From Amphiscolops sp. MND2022 (Eukaryota): a stretch of 64,000 nt of DNA. Below the pieces are notes generated by a model, which saw nothing but the letters and a program-made list of their open reading frames with translations, made no database searches and had not been told where the DNA came from. The translations under genes and the position numbers were made by a program. Below are positions 1 to 11,160 of the stretch, in pieces (position 1 is the stretch's first letter; the number at the start of each line of letters is the position of its first letter). The stretch covers positions 31,992,001-32,056,000 of the forward strand of contig OZ076410.1 of assembly GCA_964187785.1 (NCBI GenBank), in the 5' to 3' direction.

Positions 1-46
1 TGTCAAGCCTGAATCTAGTGCGTCAGCAAAACATAGATTTCATCGC

Positions 47-702
47 TTGGTTTTTGACCCGGAACGCCAAAAACTACCAGACTTCTTAGAAGAGTTACAG
101 GAAAGCGCCGAAAAAGCTTTCGGTGACATTGCATCACAAATGATAGAAAGGCTATTATATGCAAAAATGCCACCACACTTGAAACGTTCTATTAATCAAG
201 CCTATCTTGAGAATGGAACATATGAGCAAATAGTCCGACATCTCGAACGAGAGATGGAATTAAACGGACTTGAATCAGAAGACACTGGCGTTAAAACGCA
301 AATGGCAGTAATAAACAAAACAGCAGAAGACAAATCGACGCAGCAGAAAACTGCAACAACAAAAAAGAAGCAACAAACATCAAAAACTGTGCCAACAATA
401 CATTGCAAGATGATCAATGTCGTTATTGTAAAAACACAGGGCACAAGGCAGCAGACTGCGCTAAACTAGCAAAACGTCGTAAGTTGGAAGAAGACCCTGA
501 TGCCATACGCTGTGCGCATTGTAACGCACCAGGACATGAGGAACCAACATGCTACTTCGGAGCAAATATGGAAAATCGCCCCCCGAAGTGGACACTAACC
601 GAAGCACAGAAAAAGCTCATTGAACATTACAAAAACTCCAACAAACATATTAACCCGAAAGCACACCGACAACAACTTTCATCATCGAAGGATTTAAACT
701 AA
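47..702 (+). pseudogene. gag: Gypsy gag, C-terminal part, split by a 1-bp deletion near 393
   Basis: ORF 47-469 (capsid-like YAKMPPHLKRSINQAYLENGTYEQIV) and ORF 403-702 with CX2CX4HX4C knuckles CRYCKNTGHKAADC and CAHCNAPGHEEPTC. Adding one base at CCAACAATA joins them as ...KTVPNNTLQDDQCRYC. Confidence 0.85.
690..702 (+). promoter_or_regulatory. -1 ribosomal frameshift slippery site at the gag/pol junction
   Basis: G GAT TTA AAC TAA: the heptamer T TTA AAC (693-699) lies immediately before the gag stop. The -1 frame is open from 654 straight into pol. Confidence 0.8.
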
Positions 703-3700
703 TAAAGCCACGCCCTACAAAACCAGAGGAAAAAGATGACTGGCAGCATCCAACACCTCACCCAATAAAAACAAACACTTTCACACAACACACTGACTCT
801 CAGACTCCAGGAACTCAACAAAACGAACCAGAAGATGATTTGTATGAAATATACAGAGACGCCCCTGACAGATACATAACCACAAATCTTGAAATAAGTA
901 GCGAAAAAACACCAGAAAATCTGTTTGAATCTGAAAACGAAACCTCACCTCAAAATTTACCAGAACCTCTTCCGAAAAACAATTTTGAACCTCTCCAAAC
1001 ACAAGACTCACCTGTAGTACCAACCGAACCTGCATCAATACAAAAACAACCACTCATAGATGATGAAATTCAAAATCATCTTACAATTAATAAAGACACA
1101 GATATACCAATGCTTCTTTTATCAACCAACCTGACGCTAAAAAGCAAGCGACATGTGTATTATGTTCCAATGGATTTTGAAAAACTTACACTCGACGGTC
1201 TAATTGATACCGGAGCTCTCACGAGCGCAATATCGGAACAAGACCTAAATAAAATCAAACTTCTTGCACCAGAAGCAATAACAGACTCAGGTCCCGCACC
1301 CAATTTTCAAATAATGGTAGCAAACGGACAATTGGAAACACCAATCGGAACAGTCTGCCTAACATTCGAAGTGGCAGATTTTATGTTTAAAGAAAATTTC
1401 ATCGTCATGAAAATTTTACCGAATCCTCTAATCGGACTTTGTTTTTTAAAAAGGAACAATGCCATTTTCGACATCCGACAAGGAATATTGACTTTTCCAC
1501 ATTTATCAATGCAACTGAAACCAGAACACAGTCTTCCAACACGACAATCAACACCACTACTTGCAGAAGCAACATACACACTGCAACCAGGTGAAACAAT
1601 GCTCATCGCAAGCAGAATGCCGCATTTAATTGATCATGACGCAACAGGCATAGTAACGCCATCTATGCACCTTGAGGATCTTGACACACTTTTCCTAGTA
1701 TCTTCCCTCTGCACAGTCAACAATAACGCAGTCGGGTACCAGATCTGTAACTTCTCAGAACTACCATATACGATCACAACAGACACACATCTAGCCGACT
1801 TTCGAGTCTTAACTCCAGAACAATTGAAACACATCAAACCAATTAACCCTTCAATGCTAACATTCATCATGCACCAACATACTGAAGTTACGGACGTATA
1901 CCTTAATGAACTTCTAAAAGTAAACAACAAAGAAGACAAAACGGAACAATACTGGTTTCCAACACCGGAACAACCTGGAGACCCCACAACATACACACCC
2001 ATTCAGAAACGAATATTTGACGAACTAGTGGAACTTCAAACACTAGAAAAACTCAACCCACAAGACGACGAAAAATCACGCAAAACATTTCTTGACAATT
2101 TCGGTTGGAGTGACACAACACTCACACTGTTTGAACGACAGAAGGTAGAAGAACTGCTGGTTGAATTTCATGATATTTTTGCCAGACACCGGTTTGACAT
2201 CGGGACAAATAGAGAATTCAAAGTCAAACTCACACCAAATGATGACCGACCAGCATATAGTCAAAGTCTTCCAACTCCGATCAACCTAAAAGACGACATC
2301 ACGGTAGAACTTGCCCTACTTCACAAATATGGTATAATAACAACTCTACCGTTCTCTAAATACGCAAGTCCAATTTTTGCACAACGAAAACCTAATGGTC
2401 GTTTGCGACTCTTAGTCGATTTGCGCAAGATAAATAATCTCATCTCTGAAGACTACGTAAATAACAATCACCCAGTCAGTACACTATCCGATGCAGCCCA
2501 ACATATGGCCGGAAAGAAATTATTCTGTAAACTTGACTGTTCACAAGCGTACCACTGCCTTCAGATGGCAGATTACCAATCAATTCAGATGTTGGCCTTT
2601 AACTTCGCTAGCCGAACTTTTGCGTATCGACGATTAGCACAGGGCCTTAGTCGATCACTTTCAGCATTCTCTAGTTTCATACGAGAATACTTAGACACCC
2701 TCATCAAAGCAGACCAATGCGCCCAATACGTCGACGACATCGGAATCGCAGCAAACACAGTGTTACAACTGTGTATAAACATCCGAGCAGTCTTCGAATG
2801 TATACGGAACGCAGGACTGAAATTGTCAATGTCAAAGTGCCATTTTGGAGTCAAACAGGTCGATTTCCTGGGAAGAACGATCACACCCGAAGGAGTTTCT
2901 CCCCAAGTAGACAAAGTCAAAGATTTCTTAACGAAACTTAAATTCCCCAAATCCAAAAAAGGCCTTCAAAGGTATATTGGGTTTCTGAATTATTACAGAA
3001 ATTATATACCACGCCTTTCGGAACGACTCACCCCTTTCTTCAAACTACTGAAGGAAACCAACAAATTCTACATTTCTACCGAACTTACAAGCAATTTTGA
3101 ACAACTAAACAACCTTCGCCTTCAATCTTGCCAGATGACGCTCAAACAACCACTTAAAGACAAACAACTAATCGTCATGTCCGATGCCAGTTTCACAGCT
3201 GCAGGATATGCGATTATGATCGAAGACGACCCTCAACAAAAACTACAATCAAAACGCAAAACATACGCACCAATAGCTTTTGGCTCAAAAACTTTCAACC
3301 CAACCCAATTAAAAATGTCAATATATGCGAAGGAGTTTTTAGCCATCTTCTTTGCATTCTCAGAATTTGGGCACCTAATGTGGGGAAGTACCTTTCCTGT
3401 AATTGTCTTTACCGACAACCGTGCAGTTACGAGGTTCTTCCAAACAAAACTCATTCCTCCTGCACTATGGAATGCATGCGACTACGTCCTACAGTACAAT
3501 TTCGTTATAGCACATGTTGCAGGAGCAATGAACACAGCCGCAGATTTTCTGTCGCGAACAGAAATCAACCCGACAGAGAAACTCGAGATGAACATACGCA
3601 ACGACATACAAACAAAAGCCATCGAAGTTAATATTCAATCCTCTGGCATAACAGAAGAAGAACACATCTACCTCCTCCCCGAGGATGAAATTGATGAAAA

Positions 3701-5612
3701 AACACATTGGGAACAAAAAGATAATATTAGAAATCAAGCACAGACCGAAACTCACAATGAACCAGAAAATGAAATAACCGAATTACAAAACTTTCACAAA
3801 CCAACAGCTGGTACGACAAACTACCGCGAAGGACATTTCCGAGACAACGCAAAAATCCGACTCGAACAAAATAATGACCCAGTCCTTCGTAACCTCCGAG
3901 CAAAAATAGAAGGTGAGCCTTTTCATGAATCAGCGTTCACACAAGACAATCGCTATCAACATTACCTACAAAACATACCCCGCAACGAAATCCGCCAGGA
4001 CATTCTTGTACGAAAGTACTACAATGATATCGGACAAATCTCACACTACCAAATACTTCTACCAAAACAGCTTCTGGAAGAATTCCTACAGGCGTTGCAT
4101 GGACACAACGCAAACCACCCAGGAATAACAAAAATGATTCAAGAAGCACGCCAGAAATACTATTACCCATGCTTAGCAAAACACATCAAGAATTGGGTAC
4201 AAAACTACCAAATGTGCATTCAGAACAAAAGAATTAACAACGATTTACTAAAAACAGAACTTCTTAATTGCCCAGAATGGGACCTTGGTCCAGAAGACAT
4301 ACTTCAAATGGACATATTACCGAATCTTCCGCCTACTGGAGGTTTCGATAACATCATAACAGCAATTGATGTCTTTTCAAGATACTTATTTGCTTATCCA
4401 ACAACTCGGATCACAGCCCCTACAGTCGCAAGAGTCATTATGGACATTTTGTGCAAACACACATACTTACCAACAACCATAATAACTGATATGGGCACTC
4501 AATTCAACTCACAAATTACTCGAGAGGTAGCAGCAGTGCTTGGTGTTGAGCTAAAACATGCTTCGACAAAACATGCACAAACAATCGGCATGCTAGAACG
4601 CACTCATGCTACAGTAAAAGCACATTTGAAAGCAGCAACTGGTGAATTCCGTAATAATTGGCACAAATTTCTACCACTTGCTGTCCTAAACCACTACACA
4701 ACGTATCATGCCAGCTTAGGATGCGAACCCACCCGTGTGTTTCACGGCAAAATACCACATAACATACTAGACTACAAGCTAGGCTACAATCCTAATCCGC
4801 GGTATACTCCACAAACTGACATTGCAGAAGAAATACAACGACGAATGGAGATACTCAATGACCAAACCAAAAAGAACATCATGCAGTCATACTTGAAGTA
4901 TAAAGCATACTATGACCGCAAGCCAAAAGCGGCACCGCTTACAACAACAGACTATTGCTACATACTGAACCCAAAAGCAGACACGCAAGCAACGAAAATC
5001 CCATTCAGGGAATTCCGTTGGATCGGTCCCTACAAAGTCGAAAAAGTCCTACCTAACAATAACTACATTGTACGTAGGCTTGGGACAAACAAAACACAAT
5101 TACTACACCGACAACGTTTGAGAAAATTTACACCTAGCGCACCACTAGCAGATAATTTTGTCAAAGAAACAGACTGGCAAAAAGACGACAACATAATAGT
5201 AACACATGATGATTTGTACGCTCACACTTGGGATACAAATTTCGGTACAAACCCATTTGATACTGAACTCCCTGATACTGAACAGGATGACATACAAGAA
5301 TATGTCCCGATAAACCACCCACCCTCCCTCGAAATTTCAAAAAACAGTGGGGGATCCCCGGTAGAACAAACTACCGTTCCTAATGAAGAAACCCTACCCG
5401 AAAATACAGAAAACGAAATTGATGCAAATGATAATCAGCAAGATTTACAACCTAACACTACTATTGATGCAGAAAAATCCCCAGAAAATACAGATGAAAA
5501 TCAAGAAAATGATGAGGTTCAAAAAGAAAAAACCCCTACCAATACACGTGGTGAAAAATATAATTTACGACCTAACCCAAACCCCAATTTCTCAGATTCA
5601 TACAGATACTAA
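693..5612 (+). CDS. pol: Gypsy Pol polyprotein (aspartic protease, dUTPase-like spacer, RT, RNase H, integrase with GPY/F)
   Basis: LIDTGA protease, QYVDDIG RT, VMSDASF RNase H, HGHNANHPG...NYQMC zinc finger (first Cys is Tyr), QMDILP / ITDMGTQF / MLERTH DDE triad, WIGPYKV. The frame is uninterrupted (ORF track 840-5612). Confidence 0.95.
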   Translation, partial: FKLIKPRPTKPEEKDDWQHPTPHPIKTNTFTQHTDSQTPGTQQNEPEDDLYEIYRDAPDRYITTNLEISSEKTPENLFESENETSPQNLPEPLPKNNFEPLQTQDSPVVPTEPASIQKQPLIDDEIQNHLTINKDTDIPMLLLSTNLTLKSKRHVYYVPMDFEKLTLDGLIDTGALTSAISEQDLNKIKLLAPEAITDSGPAPNFQIMVANGQLETPIGTVCLTFEVADFMFKENFIVMKILPNPLIGLCFLKRNNAIFDIRQGILTFPHLSMQLKPEHSLPTRQSTPLLAEATYTLQPGETMLIASRMPHLIDHDATGIVTPSMHLEDLDTLFLVSSLCTVNNNAVGYQICNFSELPYTITTDTHLADFRVLTPEQLKHIKPINPSMLTFIMHQHTEVTDVYLNELLKVNNKEDKTEQYWFPTPEQPGDPTTYTPIQKRIFDELVELQTLEKLNPQDDEKSRKTFLDNFGWSDTTLTLFERQKVEELLVEFHDIFARHRFDIGTNREFKVKLTPNDDRPAYSQSLPTPINLKDDITVELALLHKYGIITTLPFSKYASPIFAQRKPNGRLRLLVDLRKINNLISEDYVNNNHPVSTLSDAAQHMAGKKLFCKLDCSQAYHCLQMADYQSIQMLAFNFASRTFAYRRLAQGLSRSLSAFSSFIREYLDTLIKADQCAQYVDDIGIAANTVLQLCINIRAVFECIRNAGLKLSMSKCHFGVKQVDFLGRTITPEGVSPQVDKVKDFLTKLKFPKSKKGLQRYIGFLNYYRNYIPRLSERLTPFFKLLKETNKFYISTELTSNFEQLNNLRLQSCQMTLKQPLKDKQLIVMSDASFTAAGYAIMIEDDPQQKLQSKRKTYAPIAFGSKTFNPTQLKMSIYAKEFLAIFFAFSEFGHLMWGSTFPVIVFTDNRAVTRFFQTKLIPPALWNACDYVLQYNFVIAHVAGAMNTAADFLSRTEINPTEKLEMNIRNDIQTKAIEVNIQSSGITEEEHIYLLPEDEIDEKTHWEQKDNIRNQAQTETHNEPENEITELQNFHKPTAGTTNYREGHFRDNAKIRLEQNNDPVLRNLRAKIEGEPFHESAFTQDNRYQHYLQNIPRNEIRQDILVRKYYNDIGQISHYQILLPKQLLEEFLQALHGHNANHPGITKMIQEARQKYYYPCLAKHIKNWVQNYQMCIQNKRINNDLLKTELLNCPEWDLGPEDILQMDILPNLPPTGGFDNIITAIDVFSRYLFAYPTTRITAPTVARVIMDILCKHTYLPTTIITDMGTQFNSQITREVAAVLGVELKHASTKHAQTIGMLERTHATVKAHLKAATGEFRNNWHKFLPLAVLNHYTTYHASLGCEPTRVFHGKIPHNILDYKLGYNPNPRYTPQTDIAEEIQRRMEILNDQTKKNIMQSYLKYKAYYDRKPKAAPLTTTDYCYILNPKADTQATKIPFREFRWIGPYKVEKVLPNNNYIVRRLGTNKTQLLHRQRLRKFTPSAPLADNFVKETDWQKDDNIIVTHDDLYAHTWDTNFGTNPFDTELPDTEQDDIQEYVPINHPPSLEISKNSGGSPVEQTTVPNEETLPENTENEIDANDNQQDLQPNTTIDAEKSPENTDENQENDEVQKEKTPTNTRGEKYNLRPNPNPNFSDSYRY

Positions 5613-5847
5613 AAACAGAAGACTACTGAGACTCAACTTTCTCTTACTAACATTCCGATTCAAAATTCAGTAAATAGAAATAAATACGGAAACAAAAGGT
5701 CTGAAGATAGAAGTAATTGACATCAGACATTAGTCTAAAAGAAACAAGTGTAATTGTTCTTAACTGGCGACCCTGACTTAGAAGTCAACTTTTTCTTCTT
5801 TCCGCTGGCATCAGAGGTAGTAGAATCTGGGAACAATGGACAGTCGA

Positions 5848-8800
5848 CTAGTCAACGAACCACAGGGCTGGGCTCTTGGGGCAGATTAATCTTCTCAGGA
5901 GATTTGCTTGGAGTGCCGCACTAGAACCCCGACTCGAATCGGACTTAGCTTTATCCTCAGTGGGCATCCAGGGTTTTCCCTCCTCCGGAGCGCTCTTGCT
6001 ATAATATGCCTCCAACGATGAGCGAATCTCAAGGCGTTTGAAATAGCTGGAAGACAGCAAATGCCAAACTGAGAATTTGCGCTTGAGTAGGAGTCCTGGC
6101 CCATGAGAAAGCAAATCGAAAATACGAGGCAGCGAATTTGGAGACAAGAATAAACTTTCAACCTTCTGAACAGAGGCGATAGTACACTGAAGACTCCTGA
6201 CGGCAGATGAGAATTCATTGGCATCGGATTTGAGTCCGGGCATGGGAACAATAAATAAAGGAGGAGAGATACTAGGGTTTCGCAAGGTTTCACAACAAAT
6301 GCGGAACAGACGAAACAATTCGATACGACTTTGTAGTTCGTAATGGCAAGAGAAGAAGCTCACCCATTCTTTGTTGTTACAAATCTTGTCAGATGGGAAT
6401 TTTGTAATCTGAGAACAATACTCGCTAACAACTACAGGCTTGATGTGAGGCGCGATCCATTTCTGTTGGACGAAATATCCACATAAAAGTTGAATAGAGT
6501 CCACATAATGGACTTCACTACCGCCCAACACCACAGCTTCATCGAATGATGATAATCCTCTGGAAAACGAAGAGGTGGCCAACTCGCTAGTCAGCAGAAT
6601 CTTTAGGAAACAGCGATAGAAGGAGATAACCTGGGCAATGAAACGTCTCGGAGTAGGAATCTTGCTGTCGTTGATGAGATTAGATAAGTCCCGATCCAGC
6701 AAGAACTCATCAACAGTTTTATAAGGCAGGGTTTCGTCGTCCATGTTTAGGGAAAGGTAACTATCCCAATCTGCAACATTCCCGAGGTGAGTGGTTGAGA
6801 AAATTGCTTGCAATTGAGAATACACGAAGACACAGAACTGGTTATACAAGCGGAAGCCCCCAGAGATTGACTCATGTACTTCTTTGAAGGCCGAGTTGTA
6901 TTGGCTGAGGATGTTCCGTGTGATGATCAGGCGAATGACAAAGACACGGTCTTTGATAATCAAGTCATCCATCCCACCTGGCTGAAAGGAAAATACAAAC
7001 GTTCAAACTATGATCAGAAGCCTGAGCCTAGGTGGAGGTTAAAGCTAAAAATACAAACCTCTTGCATATGAAACCGGTAGGCATGTACACGTCTGCTGTC
7101 ACAAAGATGAACAACTACTCGGTCCCAATTCGTGATCACATGATCCAGGATGACGACAGCTTGATTTAGATCATACTCCAGACTAGTGATTGCCTAAAGT
7201 AAGACAATGGCGGTGAAAAACAACCAATTAAGGATTGAGACACAAAGGCACGCGCAAAATATGATGAGTAAACATTATGCAATAATGAACAATCTTTGCA
7301 CGTGCAAAAATGAAGAAACCCAGTACAAATGCGAAACAACAGATATGATGACTCAGAATTCCTAGCGATGATGATTCAGACATAATGATCGAGATAAAAG
7401 TTTTTCTGAGAAGACAATTATGCCGCATCATGCTGCAAACTTCAAGAAGTATGACAAACAATTTACAATGGAAAAGCAAGAAAAAAGTCAAAAAGCATTA
7501 CATTTGCATACAAATTGGCAAAAAGAAACGAAGATGGTCAAAAATACAAAAATCACCAGGTTTAAAAGACTGAGGAAATTTTGGTGGAGAAACATGAAAT
7601 CCCCTGGAATCATTAAATTGGTGGTAGCCCGAGAGACAAATTGAAAAGTTTCATTTAGAAATTTAGAACATACAATAAAATACCAAGTGGAAACAAAAAT
7701 ACAAAGGATAGTAACCTTCTGGAAATCGGGCAAAGCTGTCAACCACGTGCTCCCAATGGCAGAGCGCAATCTCATTATCAGGAAATCCAGAACGCTGCGG
7801 AAATCAAAACGATCAAGAATCTGCACAGAAGGGACCAAGAGGGCACTCTCCAAGTCTTCCGCGTCAAATTTAGGAACTGAGCAGATCCGCTGGTGCTGAG
7901 GAAGGATCCGGGAGAGTGAATATGTAAAGCGTCGAGTGAAGCCTGTCACAAACTGCAGTTGAACATCTTTATCAAGTAGGGCCAAAACCCCACTAATTGG
8001 AGGGATGAAGACTGCGGGACAATTCGTCCGACTTGGGTATACTGCAATGCACATACTGTGTAGTGAGTTGCCCGCCCAGAAGTTCACATAAAGCTTTGTC
8101 TCAGTTGAACATGGCGTAATCCGAAGGGAATAACTCTTGGACGTCTCAATTGAATTAACACAATAGGAGAGCAGTTCACGGAACATGTGTGTCAGCATCC
8201 CCTAAACAGAATAAGCATTATATAATACGAAAGACAATGCAAGAATTGGCTAGTTGATGAAAGAAACTATACCCACCAAGACTCGATGTGGTTGCCAATC
8301 ATACTGTGATATAGGCTCTGTAGTTTTGGTTTCTTGGACCAGATCGTGCCAGAGTGCTATCAAGACATCTAATTTGCCTCCATGGATGAGTCCGGTCTTG
8401 AGGAGAGTGAGCTGTGAGTGCGTCTCTTTGTCTGGTTGTTTTGTGCCCGTCTCCTGTGGGGCTTCTAGTTGTCCAACACGGAGGTAATAATCGCCCAGCT
8501 TGGGTGCTATGGGATACTCTCGCTTTGCCCTCTCCTTTGCATATTTCAGAGCCATACCGGTTAACTCGTTACGATACTTGTCATATAGTGGCAACCCAGG
8601 AGTTTCCATCCTTATTCGGTGCTCTTTCACTAGGTGGGCATCAGTTCGGTAATGGCTCAAAATTTCTAGTGGTCCTTTTGTCATGAGGGAGAGCTCCACA
8701 AGACACACACGACAACGATATTTGTGAGGATACCGTGCGGCATCCGCCGGGGCTGTGACGAAGTACTTGAGGATGGGGTATTTGTGGTACATCCATCCTG

Positions 8801-10075
8801 CTAAAGTGTGTCTCGGTTTAGCACGTTTTCCTACTAGCTCATTCTTCTCTCGTTTTTTCTGCGCCTTGATGGGTTTTTCGTCAATGATAGCAGACCCGTC
8901 AGAAGATGAGTATTCCAAATCAGAATCGTTTGATGAATCTGTAGAACTGGGACTACGTTTTCTTTTCTGCTTTATCCGAGTCTTTTCTGACCCCTGCGGC
9001 CCATTGTATGACATTGTTGGTTCAAGCCTGGAAACAGGGTTTATCTTTTCGGGTGGCGTTCGCACCGCCTCCACACTGGTTGCAGCCTTCTTGGAGAGTA
9101 ACGTCGTTTGTTTCAAAACCTTTTTAGGCATTGTGCTAGCTACCGGAGTTGGGTGGTCACCAGATCCTGATAGAATGCTCTTGGCTCGGATCCGAGCACT
9201 GGCCTCCTCAGCTGCTTCTGATAAAAGTCGCTCTAATCTATTTTCCCCAGTATCCTTAGGACTTTCTTGGTTAGGTGGGAGCAAAGGAAATGGACTGACT
9301 TTGTCTTTGTCCTTGTTTTGAGGTTTATCTTTGTCGAGATTTGCCGTAGAAATGAAGCGTGTGAAAGGTGACCCTTTGTTGGCAACAGTCCCCTTCGTAG
9401 GAGTGTCTCTAGGTTTAACTTCACCTTTCTCGCTTGGGGAAGCAACGGGTGCTGATCCTGAAGAACATGGCAAAACTCCGCTCACAGGTGCGTTAACCAA
9501 AGGGGCAATCTCTTGTTGGACGCAGTCTTTAACGGGATCGCATGATTGCTGATTTGGCTGGTTGACTTCCTCTACAATTTCGACAAGTTCGGAGAAATTA
9601 TCTTCGATTAGAACTTGAGGAGTCAAATTAGGAGGGACGTGAAATTCAGCTAACGTTGATCTTTGAGAATGATCTGGCAACGAGACTGATTGCTGAATCA
9701 CAGGCCCTTTGCTGGTCCTCGTGAATCTTCGAATACTGACTTGCGGTTGAGATGGGGAAGAATCTGAAACAAATTGAACTTGAGCTGAAATCAGCAAACA
9801 GGAAGTTGATATTTCCGCCAAAAATTTGAAAACCGGAAGTTGACAAATCAGAAGATAGTCGACATAAATGCAAGTCTGGCCAACTCGCATTAAAAAATCC
9901 GTGATATCACAAAGAAAACAAAATACAGTCTGATTTTAATCAGAAGAACAATCAAAAATTCAAGCTTACCGCATGGTTCTGCAGTAGAAGATGAGCGAAG
10001 ACTCATCATCGACCTCGTCCTTTTCTTCGGGGGAGTTGTTTTCCGCCGGGAATTGGAAGATCGTGGTGCCACCAT
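5848..10075 (-). CDS. Predicted 5-exon antisense cargo gene, about 1120 aa; C2H2/BED-like zinc finger plus hAT-transposase-like body
   Basis: Exons 10075-9970, 9784-8277, 8201-7716, 7193-7059 and 6981-5848 are joined by GT-AG introns of 185, 75, 522 and 77 bp, all in compatible phase. The zinc finger is YRCRVC...LSHYRTDAH. Confidence 0.7.
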
Positions 10076-11160
10076 TTCCACTTGACCAGGTGAATTATGA
10101 ATTAACCGTGGATAATAAATACAAATCGAAACGCAAATAGATAGAAATTAGTTTGAAAATAATCTATGGACTACAAATTCGAAAAGTAAAGCTGAGAAGA
10201 AGTGGATGATTAGAAAATTGGGAGAAAAGTACGACAAAAATTGACTCACAAACAGATTTCACTCAGACTACAAAAACAAACAATGTTGCGGCGTGGCTTA
10301 CAGCTGAACAAATTCTGAGCATGACAGATTAACATATTTGCGCAAATGCCGCGCACTGATTGGATGAGCTTGTCACGGACCAATCGACTCTGCCAGAAAG
10401 ATTGGCGGCGTGAGCGGCAGTACTGAAACGAATTACGCATACATGATGCTCCGCCCCCTAGTGGCAGATTAGTGTCATTTGCGGAAATGGACAGCATCAA
10501 GCAATACAGAATTAACTGAGATTGACCTAAAACAAATCAACACCACATGACTACATGTTTTATTTTATTGATAACTGACCATCATGCATCAAATATCTGA
10601 CATATGTATGCTGAAATAGACGTCATGAAGCAGTGTGTACATGATTTAAAGGAGTGAATTAAATTACTTTAACTCTGAAACTTGACATGTATTTTGATTG
10701 AAAGTCATGTAATTTGGTTTTATTTTTACTTTTGTTGGTGATATGATTTAAAACGCATGCTATATTTCCATAAAAGGAAATCTTGTAAATTCCGGAAAAT
10801 AAAAATCAAGTTCCCAAAATTCACCATGTAAAACCTCATTCATATTTGTTTACAGTCGATTATTATGCTTTTGCCATCTCGAATGGAAATTTAACACCCT
10901 TATCCGCCATGTATGGTAGTTGTAAAGAAGACATCATTTTGTTGTGAAGCTATTTAAATAAGATTGAGATATCATCTAATGCTTACCCCAAAATTGCCGG
11001 GAAAAGGGTTAACAAGAAGAGAGATGACTCTACAAACTACATACCTTATTTGGAAAACCCGGGAGAATAGTCAAATTGTGAAGAAAAACGGAAAGGATTC
11101 ATTCAGTCAAAACTTTCTGAGGAAAGCAGTTGAAACCTTAAAATCCAAACGAAAAGCAAA

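Noticed and set aside
202-4179. Many 60-125-aa ORFs overlapping gag/pol (also those overlapping the BEL and LINE ORFs)
   Set aside because: Shadow ORFs caused by the strong A/C strand bias of the retroelement coding strand, with no motifs.
5761-5780. TAAC-TGGCGACCCTGAC looks like an LTR end plus PBS
   Set aside because: No TG..CA LTR or PPT precedes it. On the minus strand it reads as a plausible S/P/K-rich former C-terminus of the antisense gene (..SGKKKKLTSKSGSPVK) after a frameshift.
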